Origin: an uncultured Desulfarculus sp.
GTDB lineage: Bacteria; Desulfobacterota; Desulfarculia; Desulfarculales; Desulfarculaceae
Reading direction: 5' to 3'
Length of the DNA: 64,000 nucleotides
Assembly (NCBI GenBank): GCA_963665125.2
Contig: CAXXUK010000001.1
Span: 128,001 to 192,000, forward strand
Position numbers and translations under genes: made by a program. The first letter of the stretch is position 1. Each line of letters begins with the position of its first letter. Below are positions 59,588 to 64,000 of the stretch, piece by piece. The notes beneath the pieces were generated by a model. It saw nothing but the letters and a program-made list of their open reading frames with translations. It ran no database searches and was not told the DNA's origin.

Positions 59588-62500
59588 CTAAGGACGGTTT
59601 GGCACGGAGTCTCCAGATCCCCTGGAATATTTCGGAGGGCGCTGTATGCCCAGCTTTTTCATTCTGAAGGCCAGCGTGGACGGGTTGATATCCAGTAATT
59701 CAGCCGCGCCCCCCGGCCCCCGGACCTTCCAATTCGTTTTTTGAAGGGTCACCAGAATGGTTCTTTTTTCGCTTTCCGCCAGGGTAGTATTTTGCTGGCC
59801 GTGCCCCTCGCCGGGGAAATTGCCGCCCAATTCAGGCACCCTGAAACGAGACGACATACTAAGGATGGCGCCTCGCTCAATTATGTTTTCCAATTCGCGG
59901 ACATTGCCCGGCCAGTGGTAATTCATCAATTTGTCCATTTCCGAATCAGTGATGCCCTTGAAGTCCCGGCCTATTTTTTGGCTGTAGATGCGCAGGAAAT
60001 AATTGGCCAATATGGCAACATCTTCCATCCTTTCCCGTAACGGGGGGACATATAGCGGGAAGACATTCAGGCGATAGTAAAGGTCCGCGCGGAAATTTTG
60101 GTTTGCGACCGCTTGTTCCAAATTGAGGTTGGTGGCGGCAACAAGGCGGAAATCGGGCCGCAGGGTTTCACGGCCGCCCACGCGTTCAAACTCGCCGCTT
60201 TGCAAAACCCTAAGAAGCCTGACTTGTACATCCAGGGGCAAGTCGCCGATTTCGTCGAGGAATATGGTGCCCCCGTCAGCCAATTCGAACCTGCCTATGC
60301 GCCGGCCTACCGCGCCGGTGAAGGCCCCTTTTTCGTGGCCGAACAGCTCGCTGGTGATCAAGGTTTCGGTCAAGGCGCTGCAGTTTGCCCGAATGAATGG
60401 TTTTGCGTGTCTTGGGCTGAGCTTGTGGATGGCCGAAGCCACCAATTCCTTGCCAACGCCTGTTTCCCCCAATATCAGCACGGTGGCGTCGGTTGTGGCC
60501 ACTTGCTCAACCTGGGCGAGCAGTTTTTTTATGGCCTGGCTTTCCCCGACAATGTTTTCAAAGTGCAGGCTCTTGAGGTGCTGCTCTTCGTAATAGAGTT
60601 TTTCCTCGGTCAATTTTTCGTTGAGACGCCGGATCTCTTGATACGCTTTGGCATTATCCAAGGCAAAGGCCGCTTGTGATGCAAAATAGTCCAGCAACTC
60701 AAGATCCGACTCCCGGAAAGCGCTGCTAAGCAGCCTGTTGTCGTGGTACAGGACGCCAACAACCTTGCTTCTCAGCAGCATGGGAACGCAAATGCGGGAC
60801 CGAATACTATCGTTCGGGACGTTTTCGTTTATGTTCCCGGAGCTGTTGCCCGATATTATCGGTTTTCCCGTAGCCGCGACTTTTTTGATCAATACCAGTG
60901 ACGACTCAAATTCGGGATCGTGGGTTTGTTCCTTGGTAAGGTTTTTTGATGCCCGCAGAACCGGTTCTTGGTGCTGATCTTGCTCGTCCAACAAAAATAT
61001 AGCCCCGCGTTCAGCGCCGGATAAACGGTTGACCGTGGAAATAATTTTTTGGACCAAATCCTTGTTCTCTCGAATAGTTACAATGTCTTGGCCCAGCTTG
61101 AGGATTTCCCGCAACTGGTCTTCACGGGAATGGGATACGTCGATAAGTGCACGAAGATCGTGAGGCACCATGGCTTCATTGAGCGACGACAGCACGTTTG
61201 AAGCCTGCATTGTGATGTGTTTGCCCTTGGCTTCGTCTCCAAGCATGAGATGCAGGCGGGCCAGTTCCAGGCGGGAACGGGCGGCCTCCACTTGGTGTCC
61301 GGCGTCTTCGAGCCATCGGACCGACTGTTCCAGGGAGTTCAATATTTTGTCGTTGGGTTGGCGTTCTCTTTTAAGCATCAAGGCCTCATAACGATGGCCT
61401 ATGCCCTTCATGTAGCTATGGTTGGCGCCAAGGATATGTTTGAGTTCTTTTTCAAAAGATACGCCTTCCACTCTCGGATATTTGCCCAGTTCCATGTCCC
61501 AAGCAAGGTTTAGGAGAAAAGGATGCTGGCGTACATAGACATTGCGGCGTTTGCTGCTGTGCACGAAGCTTCTTAGGTGTTTCAGAGATCGATCAACGTC
61601 TCCATTTAGGTAATAAGCCTGGGCCAAGCAGATGTCTCCCAGAACCTCCAACCAGTCATCGCGGTCAGTCTTTGTCACCTCCAGAGCCAGCTTGAAATAT
61701 GATAAAGCGTCTTCAAGGCGATTCATTTCCATCATTATGATGCCGATGGTCCCACCGGCATATGCCGCGCAAGACATGTCACCTATTTCCAAAGAACGTT
61801 TTCTGATGTTGTCGCCCATGCCCAGGCCTTGGGATACCTGGCCGACGTTGGCATAGCAAAGGGCCACGGTAACACCGGCTAAAAGGGGAAAGCTGGTGTT
61901 GGGATGGCGGTCAACCTCGCTGACCGATTTTTCGTAGTGGTGTACTGCCTCCCGGAATTTGCCTTGCCAGTATTGGAAAAAGCACCCGAAGGTGGAGGCG
62001 GAACGAATCAATTTGGGATCACCTATGTCCTCCGCCATTGTCCAACCGTCGCTGAATGTTTGCAGCGCCTGCTCGAAATTGCTATGCATCCATTGATGCT
62101 TTGCGAGATGCATTTTTATAAGAGCCTGGGCATTACGATCATTTCGCCGGCGCGCCCTGCCCATGGCCTGTAGCAAGGCCTGGTTTACGTTGGCGTTGTC
62201 CATGATTGATGTCGAAACTTTTGAGTAATTGATCGCGGTTTCTATAAAAAGGCTGTCCGCATGCTTTTCATCAGAGCATTCAATATCCTCAAGCACTTTG
62301 GCATAGCATCGTTGCGCCTGCTCCAGACGAAAATCCTTGAGATAAAGGTTGCCGGCCCTTAGCAGCCAACGGCAATTCTCTTCCTTGTTGGTTGTGTGCA
62401 GCAAATGGTGGGCAAGGGCCATGCATTTTTCAGGCCCTTCCGGCAAATCTCTGATCGTTAAATCAGCTATGGCGTTATGCAGTCTTTCCTTGGCTGTAAT

Positions 62501-62758
62501 GTCGAGTGTGTTTTGAAGCGCCGCCCTGTGTTCCTGGTTTGCGAAACGGTATTCTCCGGCACCTTTGGCGACCAGGGTCCCAGAGGATATAGCCGATTCC
62601 ATTTCACATAAAATGGCCGACGGTTTCATTTGGGTCAGTTCCATCAACCAGTCTATGGAAAACGCTTCGGGGAATAGTGATGCTACTTCCAAGGAACCAT
62701 AGTTCTTCCCAACGGTCGTGCCTTTTGGTTCCATCGGGCTCACCATGGACGCCTCCAT
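59588..62758 (-). CDS. sigma54-dependent activator with TPR-like and GAF domains
   Basis: GETGVGKE, GAFTGA, FLDEIG and WPGNVRELEN; Fis-type HTH. Confidence 0.93.
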   Translation of the reverse strand: MEASMVSPMEPKGTTVGKNYGSLEVASLFPEAFSIDWLMELTQMKPSAILCEMESAISSGTLVAKGAGEYRFANQEHRAALQNTLDITAKERLHNAIADLTIRDLPEGPEKCMALAHHLLHTTNKEENCRWLLRAGNLYLKDFRLEQAQRCYAKVLEDIECSDEKHADSLFIETAINYSKVSTSIMDNANVNQALLQAMGRARRRNDRNAQALIKMHLAKHQWMHSNFEQALQTFSDGWTMAEDIGDPKLIRSASTFGCFFQYWQGKFREAVHHYEKSVSEVDRHPNTSFPLLAGVTVALCYANVGQVSQGLGMGDNIRKRSLEIGDMSCAAYAGGTIGIIMMEMNRLEDALSYFKLALEVTKTDRDDWLEVLGDICLAQAYYLNGDVDRSLKHLRSFVHSSKRRNVYVRQHPFLLNLAWDMELGKYPRVEGVSFEKELKHILGANHSYMKGIGHRYEALMLKRERQPNDKILNSLEQSVRWLEDAGHQVEAARSRLELARLHLMLGDEAKGKHITMQASNVLSSLNEAMVPHDLRALIDVSHSREDQLREILKLGQDIVTIRENKDLVQKIISTVNRLSGAERGAIFLLDEQDQHQEPVLRASKNLTKEQTHDPEFESSLVLIKKVAATGKPIISGNSSGNINENVPNDSIRSRICVPMLLRSKVVGVLYHDNRLLSSAFRESDLELLDYFASQAAFALDNAKAYQEIRRLNEKLTEEKLYYEEQHLKSLHFENIVGESQAIKKLLAQVEQVATTDATVLILGETGVGKELVASAIHKLSPRHAKPFIRANCSALTETLITSELFGHEKGAFTGAVGRRIGRFELADGGTIFLDEIGDLPLDVQVRLLRVLQSGEFERVGGRETLRPDFRLVAATNLNLEQAVANQNFRADLYYRLNVFPLYVPPLRERMEDVAILANYFLRIYSQKIGRDFKGITDSEMDKLMNYHWPGNVRELENIIERGAILSMSSRFRVPELGGNFPGEGHGQQNTTLAESEKRTILVTLQKTNWKVRGPGGAAELLDINPSTLAFRMKKLGIQRPPKYSRGSGDSVPNRP

Positions 62759-62988
62759 CAGGGATTCATTGGTTGCAAGGGGCGGTTGTTAAAACAGCTT
62801 TTTAGTAAGGCCCTTTGCCGTAAATGGCCACACTAAGCAAAATGCACAAATCGAACCAACCGCGACCTATGAGTTAAAGGCCAAAGCCTTTTTTGATTGA
62901 TGTAACGGTTGGTTAATAAAGCGCTTTTCCGACGACATCCCGCATGGCGAGATCAGCCGCCCTCCCAAGCGGAGCATTACGCTTAATT

Positions 62989-63027
62989 TGCGCAATATAT
63001 TGTTGCCCATGCGCAACATATTACGCA
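62989..63027. promoter_or_regulatory. putative enhancer (UAS), second copy
   Basis: TGCGCAATATATTGTTGC and TGCGCAACATATTACGCA, starts 21 bp apart. Confidence 0.68.
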
Positions 63028-63089
63028 AGTTGCAAACCTAACTATTTTCAACGCACTGTTTTCAATGGTTATTTTCTCCTGATTGGATA

Positions 63090-63105
63090 CGGCATTAGTC
63101 TTGCA
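63090..63105 (+). promoter_or_regulatory. sigma54 -24/-12 promoter
   Basis: CGGCATTAGTCTTGCA with GG-N10-GC spacing. Confidence 0.7.
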
Positions 63106-63198
63106 AAATCATGCCGCACCGATTGTTGGGAAATCCGTTGTCGTGGGGGCAATGGATGCCGAGTAGGGCAAGCAACACAATAAAGGCGCGGAGTAATC

Positions 63199-63630
63199 AT
63201 GAGCGACAAGAAGTTCAATTGGGAAGCGTTTCAACGACACCTACGTTATGACGACGAAGATTTGAAGGCGTTTCAAGGCGATGAAAAAAGGGTGGAAGCC
63301 GCCAAACGACTTTTCAGCAAAGACATTATGAAAAAAGAGTTGGTCATCGAGGTTGTTGAGTCCCATGGCTGCAGTTGCGGCCTCAAACCCGGTGACCAAC
63401 TCATTTTTAACGGCCTGGCGGTCCTCGATACGGGCAGGAGCTGTCCGAACTGGTGCGCCCACGCCATGGGGCCGGTGCCGATGTTGGCTACCTTGGCCCA
63501 GGACAGGTTCGTGTCTGGATTGGAGATCAACAACATGGTCTACGACCATTTCAGCTGCGGTGATGTCGGACCACGCCGCAACGGCTGGGGACAGGTCGTC
63601 ATGAAGGGGTACGTCCGCGACAAATCATAG
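63199..63630 (+). CDS. hypothetical Cys-containing protein (TIGR04076-like)
   Basis: EVVESHGCSCGLKPGD, WCAHA and FSCGDVG. Confidence 0.65.
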   Translation: MSDKKFNWEAFQRHLRYDDEDLKAFQGDEKRVEAAKRLFSKDIMKKELVIEVVESHGCSCGLKPGDQLIFNGLAVLDTGRSCPNWCAHAMGPVPMLATLAQDRFVSGLEINNMVYDHFSCGDVGPRRNGWGQVVMKGYVRDKS

Positions 63631-63687
63631 CGGAACAAACCACTTAGTAATCATCTGGTGTGCACTTTTAAGACCATGGAGGCATCA

Positions 63688-64000
63688 ATGGGCAGGGGAG
63701 TCGGCATCCACAATCAGGATCGATCAGCACCGGTGGCGATCACCCGGTGGCGGGACAAGGGCAACGCCGTTGCCGAGGCTTTGGATTTGTGCGGAGCACT
63801 GGATGGCTTCGATCCGGGCATGAGGGTGATCATCAAGCCCAACCTGGTGGAATGGATTACCAAATACGAATTTTCCCCTTACGGCATAGTGACCACGGCC
63901 GTGGTGATGGAGGCGCTGATTGCCTATCTCAAGGATGCCGGCGCCAAGGACATCACCATAGCGGAAGCCGCGCTGGAGAATAAGGAGTTCGGCTGCGGCA
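63688..64000 (+). CDS. DUF362-domain protein, runs off the window end
   Basis: GGAGG RBS; hand translation gives RVIIKPNLV...GIVTT...ITIAE. Confidence 0.8.
   Translation, partial: MGRGVGIHNQDRSAPVAITRWRDKGNAVAEALDLCGALDGFDPGMRVIIKPNLVEWITKYEFSPYGIVTTAVVMEALIAYLKDAGAKDITIAEAALENKEFGCG

Overview
This is a bacterial window, probably from an anaerobic deltaproteobacterium/Desulfobacterota-like organism (inferred from gene content only). About 1-50 kb is mosaic accessory DNA and about 50-64 kb is a coherent sigma54-controlled catabolic/redox locus. In order, the accessory part holds: a small stress-protein cluster, radical SAM and sensor kinase genes; an RRM/DEAD-box/methyltransferase group; a satellite- or plasmid-like module (iteron-like origin, XRE regulator, degenerate glycosyltransferase, Prim-Pol, P-loop helicase, recombinase-like core, DUF4325-type protein); and two 45-bp copies of a tRNA-Arg(CCG) 3' half (17531 and 44204) that bracket a ~26.7-kb integrase-bearing island. 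That island carries a DUF932-like gene, a sulfatase/barrel/octaheme-cytochrome operon, two IS481 elements, much IS3 debris and two TonB-dependent metal-uptake cassettes. The most striking non-coding signal is an orphan type I-E-like CRISPR unit at 20566-20646. It retains the 5' handle, 32-nt spacer and 3' hairpin of one mature crRNA, with no cas genes in the window. All calls were made by eye from motifs; no database searches were run.
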